Assembly (NCBI GenBank): GCA_902609885.1
Contig: CACLTT010000003.1
Span: forward strand, 8,809-72,808
Direction of reading: 5' to 3'
DNA from: an uncultured Candidatus Hydrogenedens sp.
Lineage (GTDB): Bacteria; Desulfobacterota_D; UBA1144
DNA: 64,000 nucleotides
Position 1 is the stretch's first letter. Every line of letters begins with the position of its first letter. The notes under the pieces are model-generated. The model was not told the DNA's origin, ran no database searches, and saw nothing but the letters and a program-made list of their open reading frames with translations. Position numbers and translations under genes: made by a program. Below, piece by piece: positions 17,984-26,841 of this stretch.

Positions 17984-18364
17984 ATGAACATGATTTTAAG
18001 AAATCATTTTTTTGATAGTTTTTTCAATAACTTTGGTGCTTATGAAAGATCAACTTCTCATTATGAAGTAGTTGAAAATGAGGGATGCTTTGATATTCAC
18101 ATTGAGTTGCCTGGGATAAGAAAAGAGCATATTTCGTTGAAAGTTCATGAAAATCACCTCAACGTAAAAGCTGACAATACAGTTGATAGTGATTCTAATG
18201 TAACCCATAGAAGACTAAATAAAAGATATGAAAACACTTTTAAACTTCCCTCAATTGTTGATATAAGTAAAATTTCAAGTAAGCTCGAAAATGGCATTTT
18301 GAGTGTAAATTTACCTAAACTTGAAGAAGAAAAACCAAAAGTAATTGAAATTCAAGTCAAATAA
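17984..18364 (+). CDS. Hsp20/alpha-crystallin small heat-shock protein
   Basis: ELPG, LENGILSVNLPK; GGAGGT RBS before ATG 17984. Confidence 0.9.
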   Translation: MNMILRNHFFDSFFNNFGAYERSTSHYEVVENEGCFDIHIELPGIRKEHISLKVHENHLNVKADNTVDSDSNVTHRRLNKRYENTFKLPSIVDISKISSKLENGILSVNLPKLEEEKPKVIEIQVK

Positions 18365-18393
18365 TTTATGCCCGGTTAAATCCGGGCATAAAT
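18364..18393 (+). terminator. Intrinsic terminator hairpin
   Basis: ATTTATGCCCGG/CCGGGCATAAAT immediately after the hsp20 stop. Confidence 0.75.
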
Positions 18394-18442
18394 AGCTTAT
18401 TTATAATATCTAACTTTTCTATTAATATATTTTTTATAATCT

Positions 18443-19099
18443 ATGAAAATTCATAAAGAAATTATTAAATGTAGAATCTGCCCAAGACTAGTTCAGTTTC
18501 GCGAAAAAATTGCAAAAGAAAAAAGAAAACAATATATGGACGAAACCTATTGGGGAAAACCTGTTACGGGTTTTGGAGATATGAAAGCAAACATAGTTAT
18601 TGTTGGGTTAGCACCAGCTGCACATGGTGGTAATAGAACCGGAAGAGTTTTTACTGGGGATAGATCAGCCGAATTTCTTTACAGATGTCTACATAAAAAA
18701 GGTATTAGTAATTTATCAAACTCTCTTAATATCAAAGATGGATTAAAATTAAAAGATACATATATTACTACAGCATTGAAATGTGTACCACCTGGAGACA
18801 AGCCAACAAATAAAGAATTATTTAATTGTTTTAATTATTTTGACACTGAATTGGATACATTAAAAAATTCAAAGAAAATAATTGCGCTAGGAAAAATAGC
18901 ATTTGATGCATGTATTAAATATTATAAAAATAAGTATCCAAGTGTAGAGCTAAAATATAAATTTAAACATTCAGAATACTTTAAAATGCCTGACAATAAA
19001 ATACTCTATGGCTGCTATCATCCAAGTCCAAGAAATGTAAATACGGGAAAAATAGATGAAAAAGAAATGATAAAATTTTTAGACTTAGTATATAGTTAA
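18443..19099 (+). CDS. udgB: Uracil-DNA glycosylase, family 5 (UdgB-type)
   Basis: CRICPRL, GLAPAAHGGNRTGRVFTGD, YHPSPRN. Confidence 0.85.
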   Translation: MKIHKEIIKCRICPRLVQFREKIAKEKRKQYMDETYWGKPVTGFGDMKANIVIVGLAPAAHGGNRTGRVFTGDRSAEFLYRCLHKKGISNLSNSLNIKDGLKLKDTYITTALKCVPPGDKPTNKELFNCFNYFDTELDTLKNSKKIIALGKIAFDACIKYYKNKYPSVELKYKFKHSEYFKMPDNKILYGCYHPSPRNVNTGKIDEKEMIKFLDLVYS

Positions 19100-19104
19100 G
19101 TTTA

Positions 19105-19161
19105 TCGAGCAAGATTTCTAAAAGTCGCACTCAAGGGGGTGAAATCTTGCTCGAAGCTTAT
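19105..19161 (-). ncRNA. Putative hairpin sRNA with C-rich loop (may also act as terminator)
   Basis: 14-bp perfect stem TCGAGCAAGATTTC/GAAATCTTGCTCGA with a 22-nt loop ACCCCCTTGAGTGCGACTTTTA on the minus strand; TTGAAA-17-TATTAT upstream. Confidence 0.4.
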
Positions 19162-19225
19162 TATTTCATAATAAATATTTTTTCAAAAATTTTCAATTAC
19201 TTTAATACAATTTAAAAAAATAATA

Positions 19226-19259
19226 TGTACCATTTTGGTATAAATACCTCTATGGTACA
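19226..19259. promoter_or_regulatory. Probable RHH-regulator operator
   Basis: TGTACCAT...ATGGTACA inverted repeat containing two TACC-N5-GGTA boxes, overlapping the -10 TACAAT. Confidence 0.6.
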
Positions 19260-19266
19260 ATAAATT

Positions 19267-19605
19267 ATGCCTAGAGATAGCCAATTTCATTTAAGAATTA
19301 ATAAAAATATATATACAAAGCTTAATAAGATTTCTAAAAAGGAAGGTAGAAATATCTCTGATGTAATAAGAGAAGCCATAGCAGAATATCTATTAACCAG
19401 AAACTATTTAAGTGATGATCCAAATAAAATAATATCTAAAAAAACAAAACCAACCAATAAAACTATTGAGAGTATAATTGAGTCCTTAGCTGAGAGTTAC
19501 TATAATAAAAATTTAACTTCCAAAAAAACAACACTAAAGAAAAAAACAAGAAAACAGAAAAATCAAACTATTGAAGAAATCTTGGAAAATCTAATTTATG
19601 ACTGA
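19267..19605 (+). CDS. Ribbon-helix-helix (CopG-like) regulator
   Basis: FHLRI...LNKISKKEGRNISDVIREAIAEYL. Confidence 0.75.
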   Translation: MPRDSQFHLRINKNIYTKLNKISKKEGRNISDVIREAIAEYLLTRNYLSDDPNKIISKKTKPTNKTIESIIESLAESYYNKNLTSKKTTLKKKTRKQKNQTIEEILENLIYD

Positions 19606-20425
19606 TTTAAAATATTTAATAATTACCGATTTAGATGGAACTCTTCTAAATTATGAAACTTTCTCTTACAAACCAATAGTCCCATTTATAAAAAAAATAA
19701 TATCTAAGAAAATTTTAATTATTCCTAATACTAGCAAAACGAAAGATGAAGTCTTAAAATTTTTAAATGAAATTAAGTACCCTACCCCGTTTATAGTCGA
19801 AAGTGGCAGCGCAATATATTACCCAAAAAAATTTAATTATTCTGGAAAAATAAAAATTAACGATTTTGAATTAATATATTCTTCGAAAAATAAAAAAAGT
19901 ATTCATAAAGTACTTAGTTCAAAAGATTTCAAAAATTATAGAAATCTTTATAGAATAACAAATGATATAAAAAACATGGATCTAGCAAATTTTTCTGGTC
20001 TAAGTATAGAAAATCTAAAAGACATTAAAAAAAGAGACTTTAGTGAACTAATTGTTTGGGATTCATCAAAAAAAAATCTTAACAAATTCAAAATGCTTTT
20101 AAATAAAAAAGATTTATCGCTTCTTGAAGGGGCACGTTTTTTGCATCTAAAAGGGAGAGGAGATAAAGGTATCGCAATTAATAAATTATTAAAATTTATG
20201 AAATCATCTAAAATTACTATAAACAAGACAATTTCCTTAGGTGATAGCATAAATGACATACCTATGTTAAATAGCACAGATTTTTCTTGTATTATTAAAC
20301 TACCAAATAAGGATTATATAAATTTTAATGGAGAATCAGTATTTAGATCTAAAAAAGAAGCACCATTAGGCTGGAAAGAAGCCCTGATGTCTATAGGAGA
20401 ATTTGCTGATTATGTGTATGAATAA
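19598..20425 (+). CDS. gpgP: Glucosyl/mannosyl-3-phosphoglycerate phosphatase (HAD IIB)
   Basis: TDLDGTLL, TSKT, ESGS, GDSIND. Confidence 0.75.
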   Translation: MTDLKYLIITDLDGTLLNYETFSYKPIVPFIKKIISKKILIIPNTSKTKDEVLKFLNEIKYPTPFIVESGSAIYYPKKFNYSGKIKINDFELIYSSKNKKSIHKVLSSKDFKNYRNLYRITNDIKNMDLANFSGLSIENLKDIKKRDFSELIVWDSSKKNLNKFKMLLNKKDLSLLEGARFLHLKGRGDKGIAINKLLKFMKSSKITINKTISLGDSINDIPMLNSTDFSCIIKLPNKDYINFNGESVFRSKKEAPLGWKEALMSIGEFADYVYE

Positions 20426-21633
20426 TGTCGGATTTTCATCAAAACGGAATAATAACAACACTACATAATTTTAGTAACTTATCTAAAAAAACTATCGAAG
20501 AGGAATTGAAAAAATTTTCTAAAAAAAGGCCTATTCATTTAATTCTTCCTTCTTTGTTTTCGGAACTAAAAAGACCCGCTCTTAAAAAAATAATATCAGA
20601 ACTCAATAAAGTAAACTATATTAGTGAAGTAATAATTGGGCTTGATCAGGCAAATGAAAGCGAATTTAAATATTCAAAAAAATTCTTTAAAAGCCTCAAG
20701 ATTCCTCATACTATATTATGGAATGATGGACCAAAACTATTAAAATTAAATGCTGAACTAGAAAGTATAAATCTTGCTCCTAAAGAGTTTGGTAAAGGAA
20801 GAAATGTTTGGTACTGTCTTGGATATTCAATATCAACAGATAAAGCTGAGGCGATAGCAATTCATGATTGTGACATCATTACATATACATCAGATATTTT
20901 ATCAAAGCTTATCTATCCCATAGTTAATCCCAATTTAAATTTTGAGTTTTGTAAAGGGTATTACCCCAGAGTTTACGGAAGTAAGATGAGTGGAAGAGCT
21001 TCTAGGCTGTTAGTAACTCCCCTGATTAAATCTCTTAAAAAAATTATAGGTGAAAATGAGTATCTAGATTTTATGGATTCATTTAGATATCCATTAGCTG
21101 GAGAATGTTCATTTAGAAAAAGAATTTTAAGAGATTTAAAAATACCTAGTGACTGGGGTCTTGAAATTGGAATTCTCTCAGAAATGCACAGAAACTATAG
21201 AAATAGTAAAATTTGTCAAATTGATATAGCTGATAAATACGAGCACAAACACCAAGATCTGTCGGATAATGATATAAATAAGGGGTTGTCAAAAATGTCA
21301 ATTGATATATCAAAAACTTTTATTAGAAAACTTGCAACACAAGGGCATATTTTTTCACTTGAGACTTTCAGAACTTTAAAGGCGACTTATTTAAGAACAG
21401 CTTTGGATTATGTAGAAATCTATAAAAAAGATGCAATCATGAACAACATTAATTATGATGAACATACAGAAGAAAAGGCTGTGGATGTATTCTCTGAGAA
21501 TATAATGAAAGCTGGTGAGATATATTTAGGCTTGCCGTTAGATACACCTTTTATCCCAACCTGGAACAGAGTTGAAAGTGCGAAGCCTGATTTTCTGAAA
21601 AAATTAAAAAAAGCTGTGGAACATTACAATTAA
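20425..21633 (+). CDS. gpgS: Glucosyl-3-phosphoglycerate synthase
   Basis: MSDFHQNGIITTLH, GKGRNVW, HDCDI, YPLAGE, DWGLEIG, HKHQ. Confidence 0.8.
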   Translation: MSDFHQNGIITTLHNFSNLSKKTIEEELKKFSKKRPIHLILPSLFSELKRPALKKIISELNKVNYISEVIIGLDQANESEFKYSKKFFKSLKIPHTILWNDGPKLLKLNAELESINLAPKEFGKGRNVWYCLGYSISTDKAEAIAIHDCDIITYTSDILSKLIYPIVNPNLNFEFCKGYYPRVYGSKMSGRASRLLVTPLIKSLKKIIGENEYLDFMDSFRYPLAGECSFRKRILRDLKIPSDWGLEIGILSEMHRNYRNSKICQIDIADKYEHKHQDLSDNDINKGLSKMSIDISKTFIRKLATQGHIFSLETFRTLKATYLRTALDYVEIYKKDAIMNNINYDEHTEEKAVDVFSENIMKAGEIYLGLPLDTPFIPTWNRVESAKPDFLKKLKKAVEHYN

Positions 21634-23369
21634 TGGATAAAGATTTTGAAGCAGAGGTAACTTTACATTTAAAAAGAATCTACAAAGGAATCAATATAAA
21701 TAAAAAAATAGATGTATTTGCCAAAGAGCTTATAAATATAATTGGAAAAAATAGAAAATTTAAACAACCTGAAATAGGAAAAAACTTATGGTCTGAAAAG
21801 GACATTATGTTAATTGCCTATGGAAATTCAATCAATTCTCCAGGACATGAGCCCCTAAAAACATTAGGAAATTTTGCAAATAAACATTATAAAGATTTAT
21901 TTTCAATACTACATATTTTGCCATTCTTTCCTTATAGCTCTGATGATGGTTTTGCCATCAAAGATTATTATAAGGTAGATAATAAGCTTGGTGATTGGAA
22001 AGATATAAATAAGATATCAACGGATTTTAAACTAATGAGTGATCTTGTGATAAATCATATTTCAAGTGAAAGCGAATGGTTTAAAAATTTTTTAAATGAT
22101 AATGGTAAAGGTAAAGATTATTTCCTAATCGTTAATAAAGAAATTGATTTAAACAAAGTATTCAGGCCCCGTGCTAATGATATTGAGAAACCTATAAAAA
22201 TAAATGGTGTAAATAAAACTGTATGGTGTACTTTTGGCCACGATCAAATAGATTTTGATTTTTCTAACCCAGACGTTCTAAAAGAATTTGTATCAATTAT
22301 TAAATTTTATTTAGATAACGGTGTTAAACTTTTTAGACTTGATGCAATTGCGTTCATTTGGAAACAAAAAGGTACAAGATGTATTAATCTAAATCAGACT
22401 CATGAAATCATTAGATTGTTTAGAACACTTATTGATCATTGCTATGCGGATATTGTACTTTTAACTGAAACTAATATATTAAAAAGAGAAAATTTAACGT
22501 ATTTTGGAAATTCTAATGAAGCCCATTGGATCTACAATTTCTCTCTCCCCCCTATATTAATCTATACAATGATTACAGGGGATTGCACCAGACTTGTTCA
22601 ATGGTCTATGACTATGCCACCTTCACAAAATGGTACTGCATATTTAAATTTTATTTCTTCGCATGATGGGATCGGTCTCAGGCCAGCTGAAGGAATTCTT
22701 AATCAAAAAGAACTTGATCTATTAGTGAGCTCCATCGTAAAACTCGGTGGTAAAATTTCATCAAGAAAAACACCAAAGGGCAAACTAGCAGCCTACGAAA
22801 TGAATATAACTGTCGTGGATGCCCTATCAGGAGATAAAGATGGTTTTGATGAATTCTCACACGAGAGATTCATGTGCGCTCATGCTATCATGCTTTCCCT
22901 AGAGGGAGTTCCAGCAATATATTTTAATGCACTTGTAGGGACTAAAAATGACTATATAGGCTTAGAAAAAACAAAAATGAATCGATCTATTAATAGATTT
23001 AAATGGAAAAAGGATGAATTATCATTGATCATGGACGATAAAAATTCTCACAACTATATAAAGTTCAATGCTCTCAAAAGACTTATTTCTATTAGAAAGA
23101 ATCAAAAAGCGTTTCATCCAAATGCTAGTCAATTCACTCTACAACTAAATAAAAAAGTATTTGGATTTTATAGACAATCAACTGATAGGGAACAAACAAT
23201 TTTTTGTCTTAGCAATGTATCTAATAAATATCATTCCTTATCATTAATTGATTTGAATATCAAAATTAGTGGTCAATGGAAAGATCTTATCTCTGAGGAT
23301 AGTTTAGAATTTGATGATAATTATTTACACTTAAAGCCATACCAGACAGTATGGTTATCGAATTTATAA
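21633..23369 (+). CDS. GH13 sucrose-phosphorylase family enzyme (glucosylglycerate phosphorylase-like)
   Basis: HILPFFP-SSDDGF, RLDAIAF, LTETN, SHDGIGLRP, YEMN. Confidence 0.85.
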   Translation: MDKDFEAEVTLHLKRIYKGININKKIDVFAKELINIIGKNRKFKQPEIGKNLWSEKDIMLIAYGNSINSPGHEPLKTLGNFANKHYKDLFSILHILPFFPYSSDDGFAIKDYYKVDNKLGDWKDINKISTDFKLMSDLVINHISSESEWFKNFLNDNGKGKDYFLIVNKEIDLNKVFRPRANDIEKPIKINGVNKTVWCTFGHDQIDFDFSNPDVLKEFVSIIKFYLDNGVKLFRLDAIAFIWKQKGTRCINLNQTHEIIRLFRTLIDHCYADIVLLTETNILKRENLTYFGNSNEAHWIYNFSLPPILIYTMITGDCTRLVQWSMTMPPSQNGTAYLNFISSHDGIGLRPAEGILNQKELDLLVSSIVKLGGKISSRKTPKGKLAAYEMNITVVDALSGDKDGFDEFSHERFMCAHAIMLSLEGVPAIYFNALVGTKNDYIGLEKTKMNRSINRFKWKKDELSLIMDDKNSHNYIKFNALKRLISIRKNQKAFHPNASQFTLQLNKKVFGFYRQSTDREQTIFCLSNVSNKYHSLSLIDLNIKISGQWKDLISEDSLEFDDNYLHLKPYQTVWLSNL

Positions 23370-23414
23370 AAATTTTAAATTTAATTAATAAATATGTGTA
23401 TTATTTAATAATAT

Positions 23415-24392
23415 ATGAGAATATGTGAAGTAATTGCCGATAAAAAATATAAACGAATTTTAATAACTATTGCTGAAAAACAGGGAGCCATAGACTACTG
23501 GTGGTCATCTGAACTAGAAGATGGCAGGCAAATTTTTACAATGGTTGTTACTGATGATACAAGACAATCCTTAATTGACAGTTTGCAAGTCCTCTTCGAG
23601 GAAGATAAAAAGGCAAAGATATTGATTTTACCAGTTGATGCCTCAATACCAAGACTCCAAGAATCAAAGGAAAGTGGATCAGAAATTTCATCAAAAACTA
23701 CAAGAGAAGAACTATTTGAACAAGTTACAAAAGGGGTTAGTTTTAATCTTAATTACGTTTTTATGGTTATATTGTCGTCTATAGTTGCGACTATAGGGCT
23801 ATCAGAAGATAATATAGCTGTTATAGTGGGTGCTATGGTAATTGCTCCTCTATTAGGTCCAAACCTGGCACTTTCATTTGCAGCAACAATCGGTTCTAAA
23901 AAATTGATTATTTCTTCATTAAAATCACTTTTGATGGGAATCTTATTGACACTTTGTGTTACCTTCTCAATATCTTTCTTTGCAGATATTAATTTTTTAA
24001 GTAATGAAATTCTATTAAGGACAAAAGTTGGTATAGGAGATATCGTTCTTGCACTTGCCTCAGGCGCAGCTGCAGCGTTATCTATGACAACAGGAATTTC
24101 TGCCTCATTAGTTGGCGTCATGGTTTCAGTTGCCCTACTCCCTCCTGCCGCAAGCTTTGCTATTTTGTTAGCTAACGAAAAAATTGAATTAGCTGCAGGT
24201 GCATTGATATTATTATTGATAAATACTGTTTGTGTTCAAATAAGTGGAAGTTTAGCTTTTTTATATCAAGGTTTTAGAGGTAGAACTTACATAGAAAGAG
24301 AGGAAGCAAAAAGTGGATTGGCCATATTTACAATATTTTGGACAATCTTAATTGCTATATTAATAATAGGTTTAATTTTTTACAAGGTATAA
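23415..24392 (+). CDS. TIGR00341/DUF389 membrane protein
   Basis: GAMVIAPLLGP, VGVMVSVALLPP. Confidence 0.8.
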   Translation: MRICEVIADKKYKRILITIAEKQGAIDYWWSSELEDGRQIFTMVVTDDTRQSLIDSLQVLFEEDKKAKILILPVDASIPRLQESKESGSEISSKTTREELFEQVTKGVSFNLNYVFMVILSSIVATIGLSEDNIAVIVGAMVIAPLLGPNLALSFAATIGSKKLIISSLKSLLMGILLTLCVTFSISFFADINFLSNEILLRTKVGIGDIVLALASGAAAALSMTTGISASLVGVMVSVALLPPAASFAILLANEKIELAAGALILLLINTVCVQISGSLAFLYQGFRGRTYIEREEAKSGLAIFTIFWTILIAILIIGLIFYKV

Positions 24393-24394
24393 CA

Positions 24395-24793
24395 ATGTTA
24401 GATTGGATAAATAAGATGCTTAAGGATAATTTTATTGAGGAATTAGGAATTGAACTTGTTAATTATAATGATAATAAAATTAAGTTAAAAATGAAAGCAG
24501 ATAATAAGCTAAAAGCTCCTAACGGATATATCCATGGGGGTGCAATTACATCCCTTGCTGATACAGCATGTGGAATTGCAACCTTTTTGAATATTGAAGA
24601 GGGTCAAAATTTTACAACTATTGAATTAAAAACAAACTTTATAAGTGCGGCAAGTATTGGTGATAGTTTATTATGCGAAGCAATTTTAATTCATAAAGGA
24701 AGAACTACTCAAGTATGGGATGCAGAAATTATTAATGAATCAAGTAGCAAGAAGATTGCCATTATGAGATGTACTCAGTTCATTTTTACTTAA
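24395..24793 (+). CDS. PaaI family thioesterase
   Basis: HGGA..SLADTA, TTIELKTNF, H-x-GRTTQVW; start probably 24395. Confidence 0.85.
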   Translation: MLDWINKMLKDNFIEELGIELVNYNDNKIKLKMKADNKLKAPNGYIHGGAITSLADTACGIATFLNIEEGQNFTTIELKTNFISAASIGDSLLCEAILIHKGRTTQVWDAEIINESSSKKIAIMRCTQFIFT

Positions 24794-25543
24794 TCATTTT
24801 TTAATAACAATTTTTTTTAATTTTTCTTGGGTTTCTGGAGAATAAAAAATATCTAAAAAAAATTCAAGTTTTGAATCATGATCATCAAGTAATGATAAAT
24901 CAGAGATTCTCAAAGAACTTTTAAGATCCTTAATAGCAATACTACTTTTAGAGCTATATTCCTCAATAATAGCATCGAAATAGCTGTCATCATTTTCTTC
25001 ATATAACCCATTAATAAGTCCATACTCTAGTGCTTTTGTAGTGTTCAGCAAGTTACCACCAAGTAATATTTCTTTAGAATTTTTTACACCAACTATAGTT
25101 TTTAATATCTCAATTGTAGAGCTAAAAAGAGACAAGCCAATTTTAATTTCATTTAAGGCGATTTTTGATCTGTTATTAATCATATACCTAAAATCTGTGC
25201 TTAATGCTAGCATGCAACCACCTCCGGTAGCATGGCCATTGATTTTTGAAATTGTAATTTTAGGGCATAGATATATTTTCTTACAAGTATCAGTTAATAA
25301 AACTAATATTTTTTTTAAACTTGCTCTTTCTAAATCTAAGAGCTCTGGAATATCTAAGCCGAACGAAAAAAATTTGCTTTTACCGCCCGAAAAGATAATT
25401 AGGTTTAAGTTAGGATTATTCTCTAAACTACTAAGCAAATAATTTAACTCATTTAAAAATTCTAAATTCAGGGCATTAACGGGGTTTCTGTTGAAACATA
25501 TCTTCGCACAGGAACCGATTATATTGTGTGTAATAAGAGACAC
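24794..25543 (-). CDS. Enoyl-CoA hydratase/isomerase family
   Basis: PVNAL, FSFGLD, INGHATGGG, LNE. Confidence 0.85.
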   Translation of the reverse strand: MSLITHNIIGSCAKICFNRNPVNALNLEFLNELNYLLSSLENNPNLNLIIFSGGKSKFFSFGLDIPELLDLERASLKKILVLLTDTCKKIYLCPKITISKINGHATGGGCMLALSTDFRYMINNRSKIALNEIKIGLSLFSSTIEILKTIVGVKNSKEILLGGNLLNTTKALEYGLINGLYEENDDSYFDAIIEEYSSKSSIAIKDLKSSLRISDLSLLDDHDSKLEFFLDIFYSPETQEKLKKIVIKK

Positions 25544-25564
25544 ATCACAATTATAAACGATTTT

Positions 25565-25750
25565 CTATGTCAAAGCTGCTATAGTCATAAAAACAGTCGC
25601 AAATAAAACCAAAAAATAATAACTTAAAGCTCTTACTAAAGGTGCTTTAGGCATCATATGTTGGTCATACATGCGAAGATATTCAGATTTACTATTCTGT
25701 TTTTTACGTCTAGCATATGAACTTTTAGAAATAAATGTATCTTTTGCCAT
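25565..25750 (-). CDS. Small hypothetical protein with C-terminal TM helix
   Basis: AGGAGG RBS and TTGACA-16-TATATT promoter upstream. Confidence 0.6.
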   Translation of the reverse strand: MAKDTFISKSSYARRKKQNSKSEYLRMYDQHMMPKAPLVRALSYYFLVLFATVFMTIAALT

Positions 25751-25885
25751 GATCGACCTCCTATTGTCTATTTAATGAATATAAATACATTTTTTTTTAT
25801 GTCAAGGTTTTATGATAATTTTTAATTATTTTCTTAGACATAATTATTATTTCCCAAAAATTATTTTATCAGTTAAATTAAATGA

Positions 25886-26059
25886 ATGAGATATTTAACA
25901 ATTTTCGTTTTGCTTTTAACTTTATCACTATCTGATGTCTCGTTTGCAGGTCACTGCAGTGGTGGTCATGATGAAAAATCAGATTCCTGCTCAGAGGGCT
26001 CATACGGAGAAAGCGCTTCATCTTGTAGTGAAAAGTCTAGCGACAGACAAGAAAGCTAA
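25886..26059 (+). CDS. Unlisted 57-aa exported Cys/His/Ser-rich peptide
   Basis: MRYLTIFVLLLTLSLSDVSFA|GHCSGGHDEKSDSCSEGSYGESASSCSEKSSDRQES; GC above flanks; directly upstream of azurin. Confidence 0.65.
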   Translation: MRYLTIFVLLLTLSLSDVSFAGHCSGGHDEKSDSCSEGSYGESASSCSEKSSDRQES

Positions 26060-26084
26060 TTAGCCAGTTATTAAGGAGATTTTT

Positions 26085-26534
26085 ATGAAGTTTTTAACTT
26101 TTTTTATAACTTCCCTTACTTTTTTAATTAATGTACAGGTCCTTGCATCGGATTGTTCTTTTGAACTTGAAGGGAATAAAATGATGCAGTTTTCTACATC
26201 AACTATTAATGTAGATAAAACATGCACAAGTTTTACAATAAAGTTCAAAAATACTAGTGATTTACCTATAGATCTTGCAGGTCATAACGTAGTTGTTTCA
26301 AAGTCTTCAGATTTTGATAATCTTATCTCTTTAATTGACCCCGCTAATGGTATTAATCAGGGCTATTTGCCTCCATCACCTCAAGTGGTTGGAAAAACTC
26401 CCCTTTTAGGTCCTAATGAAACATATGATCTTGTTATTGATTTAAATAAGCTAGATTTTAGTCAACAATATGTTTATTGGTGCAGTTTTCCTGGGCATTA
26501 TGGAATTATGAAAGGTAATCTAGTTTTCAATTAA
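26085..26534 (+). CDS. azu: Azurin (blue copper protein)
   Basis: N-terminal Cys pair, GHNVV, CSFPGH-x4-M copper ligands. Confidence 0.85.
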   Translation: MKFLTFFITSLTFLINVQVLASDCSFELEGNKMMQFSTSTINVDKTCTSFTIKFKNTSDLPIDLAGHNVVVSKSSDFDNLISLIDPANGINQGYLPPSPQVVGKTPLLGPNETYDLVIDLNKLDFSQQYVYWCSFPGHYGIMKGNLVFN

Positions 26535-26776
26535 TTATCTGAATATTCCAATAAGCACCTGAAATCTGTTTCTAACTCATTACCTTCAAAATCTATATGG
26601 CAAACATTTATTTCATGTCTTCTACACCAAACTTGAAGTCCAATATCAGTAAAACCTACATCAAGCCTACTGTACTCTTGAATGGTTCCAGCATCTGTCG
26701 TTCCTGATTCAAATTCTGATTGACACTGAGAGCATATAACATACCCATTAATGGAATTAGTTAAAGAAGTTCTCAT
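26531..26776 (-). CDS. Small Cys-containing hypothetical protein
   Basis: CSQC, LDVGFT..GLQVWC-x-RH. Confidence 0.65.
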   Translation of the reverse strand: MRTSLTNSINGYVICSQCQSEFESGTTDAGTIQEYSRLDVGFTDIGLQVWCRRHEINVCHIDFEGNELETDFRCLLEYSDN

Positions 26777-26841
26777 TGTTTGATTTAACCTGATATTTCT
26801 TAATTACCAAATTATTCTTTATAATAAATTAAGATAATAAA

